In this document: one piece after another, positions 38,201-53,200 of the stretch
How the letters are laid out: each line of letters opens with the position of its first letter
Numbering within the stretch: the first letter of the stretch is position 1
NCBI RefSeq assembly: GCF_001194135.2
Contig: NC_068981.1
Span: 158,595,560-158,659,559 of the forward strand
DNA: 64,000 nt
Direction: 5' to 3'
Origin: Octopus bimaculoides
Taxonomy: Eukaryota
Position numbers and translations under genes: made by a program
Notes under the pieces: model-generated
What the model saw: only the letters and a program-made list of their open reading frames with translations
Database searches by the model: none
What the model was told of the DNA's origin: nothing

Positions 38201-41200
38201 ACAAAGTACACCCACATCCACATGTGGGCCACATATGACAAGGAACACCAGCTCTTGTGGAGCACACATAAGGCATATCTACAACCTCAAGGGCCACATG
38301 TGACATGACATCCACAGCTCCCACACACACATACTATCTCTTCATTACGCATTGTATCTAGATGTCACAGCATACTTGAGACTATCCTATTTTAATCTTA
38401 AGCTGTTTAAAGACCCCTCTTACTGGATGAAATACAACTCTATTGCAAGTTTAATCTGCTAAATAATTTGAACTCAATGCTGTACTATTATAGAATGCTC
38501 TTGCTGATTACAGCAGTAACTAGTTTTTACATAGTACCTTAGATGCATAAGGTAAATGGCTGTAACAAGTGCAACACCAATAATGGTACATGAGCCATTT
38601 ATAAACTCAATCACTTGTAACTCAGTTGGAAATAATTCTTAGAAGTAAAAATTGTACAAATAATTTCTTTAATAATTTTGTGATGAAGAAATAAAGAAAT
38701 AAACAAAAATATTAACATATTTACCATTCCTTCCAAGATTAGGGGCATACTCAACAGCTTGGTGAAATCGTCTTAAAGGAGTCCTGTAAAACAAGAACAA
38801 AAACAATCATTGTCGTTTAACGTCTGCTTTCCATGCTAGCATGGGTTGGATGATTTGACTGAGGACTGGTGAACCAGATGGCTACACCAGGCTCCAATCT
38901 GATTTGGCAGAGTTTCTATAGCTGAATGCCCTTCCTAACGCCAACCACTCCAAGAGTGTAGCGGGTGCTTTTACGTGCCACCGGCACGAGGGCTAATCAG
39001 GCAGTACTGGCGACGGCCACGCTCGAAATGGTGTATTTTACGTGCCACCTGCACAGGAGTCAGTTCATCAGCACTGATAACGATCCAGTCCATCAGCACT
39101 GGCAACAATCAGTCCATTGGCACTGGCAACGATCCAGTCCATCGGCACTGGCAACGATCTGGTCCATCGGCACTGGCAACGATCTGGTCCATCGGCACTG
39201 GCAACGATCTGGTCCATCGGCACTGGCAACGATCTGAGGCACACTCTTTCAATATAGAAAAAATTTTAACTGAATTCTTAAATATTTGCTGATGTAATTC
39301 ATCCTCCTCGTCATTGCTTTAACATTTGTTTTTAATAATTGGCATGGGTTGGATGACTCAGTTATATAGCTTATCACCACTCAAGGTCCTTTGCTGCATT
39401 ATCAGTGAAGCTCAGCATTCCACAAACTTCATTATTTCTTTCTGCTTTCTTTGACCTTCCTCTTGCATAAGTTCTCTCCATTAGCAGCAATTGGTACTCA
39501 TTGTCTATTCATATTACATAATTAATAGTGGTATTTCTTCCAAAAATCAGTAGTTGCTTAACCACATTTTAATGTTATCTTTAGCTAACCTTCATACAAG
39601 TTAACATGACACACATTAAGAAAAACTCTTTAGAATGAGAATAAAAATAGAAACTGTCCAAATGAATGTATACAGTTCTTGAGAAAAATCAATGCTTGAC
39701 AGAAGGCTTGAACTGTTTCAGCTGCAAAACCTTTCGTCATTATTCATACCACTAGAATCCATTTGGACCAACAAGAATAAATTTTGGGGGAAAAAAATTA
39801 AGATTCAAATCAGTTTAAAGTGAAGAGGAAAAAGATCATCTCTTTCAGTATATGGATTCCAAAATTTCTTTTTCAGTGGTTATAGTAACAAAAATTCCCC
39901 TAAAGTGCACTGATTTGACTCATTGAACTAGTGTTAATCACAACTCTAGTCAACCTCTGACTGAAATCATGTTAGCAATATGTATTTTTTTAAATATTTT
40001 AAAATTAAAAATTAAGAATTTTTTTTTATAAAACTGAGCTGAGAATGTGAATGATCTAAACATTGCCACAGGATGGATTTAGCCCAATGGGATATATGTT
40101 TGATACCCCTGGTCTCAAGAAACCAAAAACAAAGTGACATTCTGCTTGCTTAGAAAAAAAAAATTGAGCATTAAAATTAAAAGATAGCTGGACAATATCA
40201 GGAGTGAAATGAAAAAGAAGTGAACTACTGAACTATTGTAAAGTTTTCATTAGTTGATTTCAGAGCTCAAAATAAGGAAGCACTTAAGGAGGACATGGAA
40301 AAACCCTAAGAAAATAGTTTACCTGTTGAATGTGAACCGGACATCATAATCTTCCCCAAGATATTTACTGTGGAACTCGGCATTAAATTTTAGGTATACT
40401 TCATCACTGTGCACCTAGAAATGGAACAGTCAGAAGAAATACATTAGTTCTGTCAATCAACATATTACTGTTAGACACTTTGAAGGAGGAATGTTAGATA
40501 TATAAATATTAGTTTGTCTACAAGTAAAACATTATCAAAGAAGAAAGAATCATTTGTTTTCTAACTTTTCCTTCCATCAAAATTTAGTACAATATTCAGA
40601 TTTACATGATTAACTGCGTTTTTTTAGTTGAAATGTTGTTGCTGTACCATTGAAGGATTCTTGTTTTTATTCAGTGTATATAGGTTAAGACAAATTGGCA
40701 GAAACCATACCAAAAGTTTGTGGCTCAGTAAAATAACAAAAGTTTCCTCATTTAAAGAGCTATCAATGTTTATATGTATGAAATATACCTTCTCATAACG
40801 TTTCCAATGCAAAGAAACAAGATATCAGTAAGGAAAAAAAAACCTACTTTCTTTTAAAAGATCTAATTTTTATCTGTAAAAGGCACAGGCATGATTATGT
40901 GGCTAAGAAGTTAGCTTCCTAAGCACAAGGTTACAGGTTCAGTCCCACTGCATGGTAACTTGGGCAAGTGTCTTCTATAGCCCCAAACTGATCACAGACA
41001 TGTAAGCATATCAGTAGATAGAAACTGGAGGAAACTTGTTGTATATATGCATGTGTGTGTGTGTGTGTTTACATCTCCACTAAACATCACACTATAATTG
41101 TAAACTAGTGACACTGCTGTCCTCATCCATACACATCACATGACCATACAAGAGCAGTTGACCCTCTTGCACACATTTTATGCTTCTTATGTCCAACTTT

Positions 41201-44200
41201 TCTCTTAGGACACTTACACTCTGTTGTGCATGCGCACTGACATTGCACATCCAGCGGCTCATACTAGCTTCGTTTCTTTCAAGCTTACGCATGTCCTCAG
41301 CAGTCACAGCCCATTTTTCACACAGGCATCATACAGTCTACTTTTTTTTTAACTCTGAGCAAGAAGCCCATTGTTACTAGCAGAGGTAGGAGCTCTCTGA
41401 ACTTTGCCCAGGCTATTCTTATTCTAGCAGCTACACTCAGAGCATTCACTCCTACTACTGACTTGGTAACAGAAGCTATCAACTACTTTTAGTTTTTCCC
41501 CCTGACATGTGATGGAATCTGTTTTCTGTACATTTTTTGTGTTTATTGCACCTGTGCATCTTCCACACAAAAATTATCTTCCTTTGATATTGCTGTACCT
41601 CTTATGTGTCCATAGCTTACACCGGGTACATCTTATGGAGTTTCTACCTACACCTTTTCTACAGATCGAGTAGGGCCATCTACCTGAAGGGATTTGTGAT
41701 TTGTTTGCCTTCCTATTTACTAAGGTCCTTCGATTCTAGACTTTGCTTCCACACCTGAAACTTCTCTAGTTCTGGTAGTGATTTAGCTATTTGGGGAAGG
41801 TCATCAGCATAGAGGAGCTCCCAGGGGCATCCTGTCTTGAATTCCTCTGTTATTGCCTATGATGGAGCTGAGGACTAATCCCTGGTGAACCCATACTGTG
41901 TGCGAGTGTGTCAAAAAGGACATTAAGAAGCACCCACCTCATGAACAATTCCTTCAAACACTGGACCTCCTTCTGCACCAGGGGTTGACAGATAGACTCT
42001 GTCGCCAACAAGCACTGATGGTCTACCTTCTGCTAAACCTGGAACCTTCAAAGATAGGTACTCTCCAACAATATTCAGACATACCTGTAAAAGATAGTGA
42101 TAAATGCTTAATGTATATAAATATATATGCATGTACGTCTAAATAGGTAAATAGTATAACATTCATATTACTGTAATGCACCTTATGCCAGCATAGAAAA
42201 TGGGCATTAAATAACAATAATAATCCTTTCTACTAAAGTTACAAGGCCTAAAATTTTAGGGAAGGGTACTAGTCAATTACATCAACCCCAGTGTTTCACT
42301 GGTACTTTATTTATCAACTCTGAAAGGATGAAAGGCAAAGCCGACCTCGGCAGAATTTGAACTGAGAATGTAGCGAAATACTGCTAAGCATTTTGCTTAG
42401 TGCACTAACGATTCTACCAGCTCGCTACCTTAGTAGTAGTAGTAATAATGTTATTATTGCTGCAGACATGTTTTACATATTCATTATTTCTTTTACCAGT
42501 ACTATTTAATGATGATGAAGGGAGCTTGGTTATTCAGTTGAAAAAGGCTTCTGGCAGTAAAAGACCTATTGCAACAACAGCTTTACTTAGAAAAGTACCT
42601 TATTGTGGGACTTGAATAAGTACCTTACTGGGCTTAATATAGACAGGTGTGCATTGGACCTCATGGAGGCGATGACAAGTGACTGAGACCTTTGGAGATA
42701 TGCTGTGCTTGAGGAAACCCAGCAAGCCAAGTGAGACCATAACCATGGCCTATGCCAGTGCAGCATAACCGGCCCATTTAAGAGTACCCTTCAATCATTG
42801 GGCAATAAACTGTGCTTGTGAAAACCTGTTGAAGCAAGTGAAATCATTGTCATGGCCAATGACAGTACTGCTTGATTGGCACCCATGCCAGCGGCACATA
42901 AAAAGCACCATTTGAGCGTGATTGTTGCCAGTACCGCCTGACTGGCTCCCATGCCGGTTGCACGTAAAAAGCACCATTCAAGCATAGTTGATGCCAGTAC
43001 TGCCTGACTTGCGCTCATGCCGGTGGTATGTAAAAAGCACCCACTACACTCTCGGAGTGGTTGGTGTTAGGAAGGGCATCCAGCTGTAGAAACTTTGCCA
43101 GATCAGATTGGAGCCTGGTGCAGCCTTCTGGCTTGCCAGCCCTCTGTCAAACCATCCAATCCATGCCAACATGGAAAGCAGACGTCAAACGACGATGATG
43201 ATGATGTAGATTCTCATGTGCATGCATACATGGGTTAAGTGCACATGGAATATTATTGTGTATGTATGAATGCATATTGCTGACTGCGTGCATTTGGAAA
43301 TACTTTTAGCATTAATTACAAAATCTAACAAAGATCAATGAATATATGACAAGGAGAGAGGACAGACAAGATACTGCACACAATGTGTTCATGCAACTAA
43401 CAGTACTCAGTAGTATGTATTTCACTCATGCTATTTTTAATACCCATTCTCGTTTTCACAGATAAAGTTCGCAATATCTTCCAACTTACATTCTTAAAGT
43501 AAAATCAAGGTAATTACAATCTGAAATTAAACCATAGAGTAAACTTGATGCTGAAAACTATTTAGTTTGAGCACTCTACATTTCTACCATTAATTTTACA
43601 CTACGATAAAAGTGTCATCTCAAACTAGCAAAGAAGTCTCTGTTTTGCTGCTTGTCCTGCTTAAAATATGAACTTCATCTCTCTCATATCACATCCTACC
43701 AATTTAAAAAAAAAAAGGATTTATAAGAAATTATAGTTCTTGACACTTTAGAAGGGGAAGGAGAGAGCATTTAAAGAGCCGCAGTAGCATTTGGTTGGTA
43801 ATAATTTTGGCTGAGTAAACAAGAGCAACTTAAAATGAAATGCCTTGCTCAAAGACAACATACTGCACAGTCCAACAACAATAATACACCTACAAGGGAG
43901 TCTCTAGCTTGTAACTAAACCTGCTATAAATAGCAACCATATTTCCACATACCACATCCATCTTTTGAAAAAGGAAAGCACATATTGGATAATAAAGACC
44001 TATATACACAATATCTGGAAAAAAAAAGATGGTATGATTGTGGCTGGAATACCTTCAAACATTCATCTGCTCAATAAGAACTGACAACTGTGCAAGGGAG
44101 CCTCTACACAGTTACTTGGCCTACTAGATTGAACAACCAAATCTCCCTCGAGTCATGTCCTACTACTTTACAAAAAGGATACACTAGATGATGTAGTTCA

Positions 44201-47200
44201 AAAGTATTTTATGCCTGCAAGAAATAAAGATGGGTTATTCATGACAAGAATGATGAAATAAGTCTTACCTGTTCTAAGTCAAATGCTCTGATATCAATAT
44301 CTAACTGGATCTCCTCTAGATAAAGCAGTAGGGAAAACTTGGACTCATAATTCTCATAGCAGAGTGTCTGAAAGTAAACAGTAGAGATTCATCATTATCA
44401 ATAATCATCACCCTTTAAAAAGCTGTTTTCTATGCTGGCATGGGTTGGATGGCTTGACCAAAGCTGGCAAGTAGGAGAACTGCACGAGGTTCTAGTCTGG
44501 TTTGGCTTGGTTTCTATGGATGGATGCCCTTCCTAATGCCAACCACTTAACACTCATTACTTCACTGTTAACTTTCTATGGATGGATGGATGGATACAGA
44601 CTCATTGAATTCAGATAATTTTAATCTGAAATATTCTCTTAGTCTCTAACACAAAACTTTAATAAGCAGTTCTACATAAACCAAATACTCCAATGCGCAG
44701 TACTCACTCCAAGTCATACATTTCAATATGCAGTACACATCCAATCATAATTTAATCTGCAGTACCTTCAAATTTTTACTTATGACACTTAATATATTTC
44801 TTAGGAGTTTTATTTTTATAGTTCTTCATGTTGAATGTTGTCAATCTGATAATCTAGAAGTCTTGCCAAAAGGCAAAACAGACTACAACTGCAATAAAAA
44901 GCAAAATTCACTAACTTCAAAAATATTCAAATTTTGTTAAGTGGAATTAATGTGAACTCAGACCAGACTGAATGCTAGTTAAAGTTAGAGACTGCAACAG
45001 ATCACCAATATCAATTGGCCAATGGCTAGTATGTTTGACATGCCTTAAGACGCTTCAGTAAAATTATAATCTATGTTTGAACAAAAATAATTCAGTGAAA
45101 CAAACAAACTAAATACTTACTTCTTCTAGGAAGGGAAAAACTTCTCTTAGCTCATCAGAATTAATAACAGCATTTCGTATTTCTTGTGGAACACGATATT
45201 GGCCAAGTTTTTTTGGCAATTGCAGCTTTGGAAACCTTGAAGTAAAGAAGGACTTTAAAGTTTTTAAGAAAAAAATTTACCGAGTTTACATAATCAACAT
45301 CAGTTTCATGGATTCTTTTTGTATATAACTAATATAGTCAGCACTGATTTTTAAAATAAAATGGTATGAAACATAACCCAATAAAATTCATCTCTAGAGC
45401 AACTGAACTTGAGAAAGGCTATCCATCTCCAAGCTGAACTCACAAGAGGAATTAAGCACTGCAATGCCATTAATAAAAGACTTTACATTGAAGATTTGCT
45501 CTTCTGTATGGTACTTATTACAGCATGATGGACTGGTCAATTTGAGAACCATCGTCTCAAAGTAATGTCTGTGACAGAATCCTCATCATCATCATTTAAC
45601 GTCTGTTGTCCATGCTGGCATGGGATGGATAGCTTGACTGGGCTGATACACTGGAAGGTTGCACCAGGATCCAGTCTGATTTGGCATGGTTTTCTATGGT
45701 TGGCTGCCTTTCCTAATGCCAACCACTCTGAGAGTGTAATGAGTGCTTTTATGTACCACCAGCACAGGTACCATTTGTGTGACACCGGTATCTGTCAGGA
45801 CTGTGATTTTGCTTGACTTGATGGGTCTTCTCAAGCATGACATAATGCCAAAGATCTTGGCCACTGCCTCCATGAGGCCCAATGCTCGAAAGGAACTCGA
45901 CCACTTTGCCTCCATGAGGCCCAATGTTCAAAAGGAACTCAACCACCTTGCCTCTGTGGATCATTAAATTCTTGGTTGATGATTCAATATACTGACCAAC
46001 TCACCAATCTTACGTCCACTCTCACATATAAACATTGATTGGTGTCAAATCAGGAGTTACAAAAACAAACAAATTCATTTAGTAAATTGCTGTAATCATT
46101 TGTTTTAATCTAATTGGGACTGGTTAAATTTAACGATGCTGTATGAAAGTCCTATTTTGTTAATTTCCTGGTAATCATAAGTCAACATTCAACTGTTTAT
46201 ATGATACAAAAACTAAAATATTTTTATGTATCTGTGTTCATTTAGGCATGAAGCAAATGGTTCTTCCTAGCCATAATTATCCCCACAATTGCCACCAAGG
46301 CAATCAGAATAAGGTGTTTTGTTCAAAGAAAAAAAAATTTGTCACTAGTTTTGATCACTTGAGACCATCACTTTAACCCCTAAATAAGATCATACCATTA
46401 TTAATTAGTAACTATTCTCTGAATTTACCAAAACACCATCCCTCAGACTGGTCAGATCCTGTCAGATTTTTCAAATTTGCATCAAAAATGGATGTTAAAA
46501 AGAGGATTATGATAAACATCTTATCTCAAAGCAAAAAGCAAGAAAGCCAAGTTTAATACCTTGTTATTTTTTCCCCAGGAACAACCCAGCCTTCATCCAT
46601 CGACTCTCTGTACCGAGTGAAAGGAGTTTTACTTTGCTGTGATCCCTGTATAGGTTGTGACTGTTGGGGCATGTAATTTTGGTATGGATCAATTACAGTC
46701 ACTGTAAGATGTCGCCCAATTCTAAACTTGTCGAACTTGAAAACTAGTAAGACCTTATGGCTTCCAATATATCTGAAAGAGAAAATACAATAAAATACTA
46801 TAATAAATGTCAAATAAAAAAATCCCATTGAAATCAAGAAGTATACATCTTGATTTCAATGGAAATCAAGATGTATACATGGAAAGTATACATGGAAAGT
46901 TAAATTAATCCTCCTAAACAATTTAAAAAACAAGAGAAATGCAATTTATCATCATTATCATCAGAGGTTTGAGGTTTGCTTCCTATTATTGACATAGATA
47001 CAATACTGCACACCTGCCCAGTTTATCAATATGTTTCTCAAATGATTTTATTAAATTACTTGAGTTTAATTTTATTTTGACTACTTTTATCCGCCTAATC
47101 ATCAACTTATTGAATTTTTCTCTCTCTCTCTTTATTTTTACCAAGCATAGATGGTCCATTATTATTGCTTAGCCAAATCCTCATCCTAAGATAACTGGCA

Positions 47201-50200
47201 TATGGCCTCTATCTCAACTCTACTCATAGCAAGGTAAGAAAGGATTTGAAATTAAATTTCCATTTGACTTTCAGCAAAATTACATTTTGAAATAAGGACT
47301 GGTACAATTAAACAAATAAATTAGAGGGGGTTTATTTGCCTCACTAATATTTCATATCACAGATAGCTAATATCTGTTTGACCAGAGATAACTAGACTAC
47401 ACACCAACAAAAATAAACAGCAGAAATATCTTACTTGGTGGTGCAGGATATATTCACATAAGCTGCCATTTTAGGCTGAAGAACCAGCTGGCCTTTCACT
47501 TCTCTGGAACTTGAAGCTGATTTAGAGCTGGCCATCATTTCTTTCACCACCTTCAAACGGTCCACATGGTACTGAATTTCCTCAGTAGGTAGCTGAATTT
47601 CAAGCAGAGTCTGTGGATGGTTTCCATTGTTCCGAATCCACAAAGTTATAACCTTGCTCTCCTCTTTAGACATCTTGCCAAAATCAGAAATTCCACTAAT
47701 GATAATCCCTTCTTTGTCTTTTAGTAGATCACCCAGGTAGTTGCTGTGTGGGGCAGTCTCAATTTGGCTGCAGACAGAAATGATTAATAAACAATGAAAA
47801 ACAGTTCAATATAATAACATTTAATAAACCAGAATCATCCAACAGGTCTTTTAAGCTAGGATATTTTAAAACCATTCAAACAACAGGCTAATTCCATCCA
47901 GTTAGCTTTCGTAAGATAACAGAGAAACTGTTTATACACAAGTTAAAATATTAGATATCTATTTGACTCACCCCCCCCCCCCCATCATCATCATCATTAT
48001 TACTATTAATGGATTCACAGAGTTAATAAAAAATATTTATAGTAATTATAATTCAAAAAGTGTTGCATTTGAGAGGTTTCCCTTCTAGGAAGTGGTACAC
48101 TGTGGTATCAGCTTTCCAAAGAACAGGATAGATTCTTGTGGAATAGAGACAGAATGTGTATATATTTGTGTATGAAGAGTTTACAGACGAAGTGCACTGT
48201 CTGAGGGTTATAAAAGGATATTATCAGAGACAGTAGTCATGTTGGTTTGGAGTAACAAAAAGGTTTTTCCCAGTTCATATGTATGTATACATGGTAGTGG
48301 GACTGGTAGAATGAAGAAGGTAAAGTTTCAGTGTTTTGTCAAGGGCATACAACAAATGTGAAAGCTTTCACTGCTGAGTATTGATGGCAGAGTATTATGG
48401 TTGAGAAGTGTTGAGTAGATAGCTTCCTCAAAGATGGAACTCACAAACACCTTTTACTTCTCAGATGGCAACTGTGGCAACAGTATAAGTCAATATGTTG
48501 GTGAAGGTGACTAAGTTTTTCAAGGTGTTGTAGGCAGTGTTGTATACTCGACTTGAACTACTGTAGTACAGGTATAAGTGAACTTTTAAGGCACTTGTAG
48601 TTATTGGATTTGGTTGTTTGTGGAATGTAAAGAAACATGCTTAAATGGATGATTTTGGTTTCTTGTTGGCTGGATACCTTGGTGAGTCAGAGCTAAAGCA
48701 AATTTGCTACCAGGGACAGTTAGTGTAAAACTAAAAGGTCTCAATCCAGCTAACAGATATGAAGTACCATACAGTGCAGAAGTAATCATGTCAGAAGTTG
48801 GTTTGTGTAGTGCTGACAACAGAATATTCTAAAGCTATTTACAAACAAAATGGTGGTACAAAATTGGGCAGCTTTTATACCTGCACTAACTTACCCATTT
48901 ACATATAGCAGTAAGCATGCATAAAAAATTAAATTAGATAGCTTTTTCAGAGAGGAAAACTGCAACTTACTTGTGTGGAGACCGTGGCAGACGAGACACT
49001 GAAATGGCTCTCCAATTACATTTTCCTTGTTTACTTTCAATGGCTGTACAGCAGACTTGATCTTTACACTGTGGCTTATATCCATCAGCACAAGCTTTGA
49101 CATAAAAGAAGATATCTTTCTTGATGTAACCATGATCCCGAAGGACAACACTCACTTCACTAGTGAATTGCTGTTGTCGAAGTGGCTGCACATCAAATGC
49201 AACCACCTCACCATTGTTTTCACGCAGATCAACAGTTACCCAATCGCCCACTTCAGGTATGTAACCCTTGATACAGTTTTCTATTTTAAAGGGTATATCC
49301 TCATTAATTAATCCTTCACCAAGATGGCACTGTGTAATTGTGCCCACGCCAGGTGCTAACTCTTTCAAGAGTCCGTTAGAAACAGATTCAGATTCATTAC
49401 TATCATCAGAATGATCTAGAAAAGAAAAAAATTATATTTAGGAAAGTAAGATATAATTATTAGTTTTATGGAGTCAGTATTCTCAAATTTTTCTTGATAT
49501 AGTTCTTCAGCAGGTACCTTTCATCACAGACGCACAACGTTTCTTCATTCAACATCTCTCAAATGGTTGAGCTAATATTTCAACTAATACTTTCTCAACT
49601 GCACTCAATCCCTACAACAGCTTACACTTTACATAATTCTCAAATAATTTTATAAACATAAAAAAATAAACAAACTATATCTTACCAATACAGACAACAA
49701 TTATTTCAACTTTATCCTATGTTAAGCCACTATAATGTCAACCACTCCATCAGTATTATGCATGTATCCTAGGTAGCACAAATTAACTAATTAAAAAATT
49801 AGTAAACCACTTGTGCAGTCCATTGTTTTTGCATTAAGATTGTTCATATTGATGACTATTTTAGTGCATCTGCCCCAGCTAAAATTTTTGTTCTTATAAA
49901 TCTGTCATTACTCAAAATTATTCAATTTCTAAATGATTTGCTTTAAACTAAAGCTGAGAGATTACATTATTGTATTTAGTGCCAAACAATGAGTACACAC
50001 AAGCAACACAGTATTTTAGTTTCTGCTTATATGTTGCTATAAGGCATCTGGAGGTTCTTCTTGCAAATAATACCTTACTGTTGATCATATTTGTAACTTC
50101 AAGTATTTATTAAAGTACACTATCAACAAACAAAAGTTTTGTAGTTCTTAAAATTTTCACAATGAGAACCATGTTTTCAACATGCAAAAGTTCACATGAA

Positions 50201-53200
50201 CATCTAGTCCTGGACTTCAGTGCAATTGTCACAACAAACAAATTGAAGATAATAATAGACAGAGCCTTGGTTGAAACCCTCCTAAATTTTCAAGGAATCC
50301 ACTGTCAGTTCTGATACTTTTAGCTCTCTCTCTCTCTCTCACTCTATCTATCTATCTTTTAGTCTGACCCACTCTAAGAAGTCATCCATCCATACATTGT
50401 TTGGTCATTGAGAAATAAACCCTGTTAAAGTTCTATAGTTAATTGATTTAGCAAAACAAATTTCATCACTAATTACAATCAAGTTTGTAACCATATGAAA
50501 TATGTGGTCATGCAAGTGATGGAATGCTAACCCTGAAACCTAAAAGATAATCTTAACAGGAGATAATTGTTACTTTAACCCTCACCTAGATTACTAGTAA
50601 TTAAAGGCGAACAACAATCAATAATCAAGACCCAAATAGTGAAAAGTAAATGTATCTACATATAAAGATATTTTCCAGCCACAATAAAGTATCTGCACAA
50701 ATGGAGCTGGCCAATGAACATACTTCCAAATTTTTTCTTCTTTGCCACTGATGGGGAAGATGAAGTCACTGAGTACTTACAGCAGGATGACATACTGATG
50801 CAAACATAGTTGGTTGAAGTAATTGTATATTGATGTCCAGCTGTAGTTCTGTATCTCGCTAAACAAAATTGCTTCAGACAGTCAACATTAACAAGTCTCT
50901 TGTTTATCAGGCACGCCAAAGGTAAAATACTTAAAAATCCTGTATAATCTTGAAAGCTCCTTTATACAGAGTCTGAAGAGGCTACAAAACTTACATCTCA
51001 ATGACCAATTGGAGAGATATTAAGGAATGAGTATTGAAATCTGCTGTGATCAAGTGACAAACAGTAATATACTGGACTTCTGTTCATATAGTTGATGAAT
51101 ATAGTTGAATAGATCTGGTTCTGAAATAGGAAGAACTAGCTGTGACCATCCATTTTGGTAACATACAGAAATCTGGCTGGTGTACATCCAAGTTCATCCT
51201 TCATCGAAGAACATATTCTTGTTTAGTACAAGAAGATACTTTGATCTGCCAGCAACTTTAATGCTAACTTGAGCTAATAATAAAAGCATTCCACCTCATT
51301 GTTAATTTGTTGGATGGTAAAAGGTGTTACAGGTGCTACTGTAACTCAACAGCTGTATCAATTCAATAAATAAATTGGAATCAAATTGTCATGCTCTAAC
51401 TGTTGTAATGGTAAATGGTATGCTGTATCTAGAAATGTAAATATACAAAAGTCTTAGCAATTACTTCAGCTGTGATATCAAGTAGTGGAATAGCCTCAAG
51501 CCACCTGACATAGATGACAACATAGGTAAGCATAGAACTATGTCCAAGGGAAGGAGGAAGTGGTCCCAGAAAACCAATGTGAATGTGATTGTACGTAACA
51601 TCAAGGGTGCCTAATAGTGATGTACTTTTGCTTCCTGACATGCCATGCAGCTCCTGGTCTATTCTTTGAGTATCTTTGTTGATAACAATCCAAAAGGAAC
51701 ATGCCAATATGAACTTGTGTAGATCTGCTGTCTGGGTGTGACAAACAGTGCAGTGGATTAAAGATTTCATATTGATGCTAATTTTGGAACTAAAAGATGT
51801 TTGTGACCAGTGGAGATATCTCACCAAATATATTCATGTGAAGAAGTAGAACTTGCTAGACTAACAAAGAAGGTAATGAATTCTATAGCATGGAGAGTTT
51901 ATTGTGATTTTCTTGTATAAAACTGATGAAAGAAACAGAAATATAAAGTGCATCTATTACATGTGTGCATGATGTGTATCTGCTTCCATACAGTTGAGTC
52001 GCTTGATATGCTTAGTGTTAGTTGTATAGTGAGAAATCTAGTCCAAATGACAGGTCATTCTCACTGAATGACAATCAGTTTCAGATGTTAAGGTTTGCAT
52101 TAAAGTTTACAGATTGAGTAAATAATGAAGATATGACCTTCTAGTAAGTGTTAAAAGTGTTTTACTTCACACAGAGACACGCTGCATATAACTCCAGTCC
52201 AAAAGTGTTGTACTGTGTTTCTAGTGGTTGCAAACGTTTTGAGAAAGAAAGCTGTCAAACACCATCTACCACAGACACCTGATGCATAGTGGTGCATATA
52301 TTCTAGGATGAACAAGAATGGTAATTTCAGTCAACTTACCTTTCATCTTTCTAGCTCACTCTCATAAAGGTGATAGACTGAATCTTCTTTCTGTTCCTGG
52401 GTATGTCAATGAGCAATTGGATAGCATCAGTGCAATTACAGATGAAAGAGTAATAGAAGTTGTTGAAGCCAAGAAATTCTCTTAACTTACAGTGATGAAG
52501 GCACAAGCAATTCTTGAATGGCCTTCACTTTCTTCCCCAGAGGATAGATTCTTACTTTGTCATCAATTGGCCATGGAACATCAAAGGTGTATCATCAAAC
52601 AAACACATTATGACTGATGACTATGCCATATTCAGTTAGGCAATTAAGGAGTAATTGAAGATGTCCATATCTGGGCTTAGATAGAAGTAATCTTCAGATG
52701 TCAACTATCAATCTCTGATAGTGAGCAGCTACTTTCTCTGCTACTCCTGACAGAGTTGAGCTGTGAACACTTGCATATGATGTGTCAAACTCACAACATA
52801 GCACTAAGTGTTCTGGCAAGTGTGTTAATGTAGAGCAGATGATGGAACAGGGACCATAAACCATTAAAATTCAACTTAACCCAAGAAAACATGGTATATT
52901 TATTACAGTTGTTTTCAAAAAATTTTGCATCAGTTGTACCACAACTGAGTACAAACTCAAACTGCATACTTTCGAAACCAACTCCAATACTGTGAGAAGA
53001 CACAGTACTGGGCTACCTTCTCATGGTTATAAATTCAGATTTACTACAGCTTATTTCATCATGGGGCTGGTCATAAGACTATAGCACATTAATTTTCAAA
53101 CCTTCTTGCTATCAGATATTCTCGAAGTTGATAGATTACTAACGTACCTAGAACATGATATCACTGATGTAATTTAAAGACAGAACTAAATTGAAGAACC

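Noticed and set aside
48100-48880. Possible further LINE/Penelope remnant (also 56880-57300)
   Set aside because: It looks repeat-like but no diagnostic motif could be read, so it is left unannotated.
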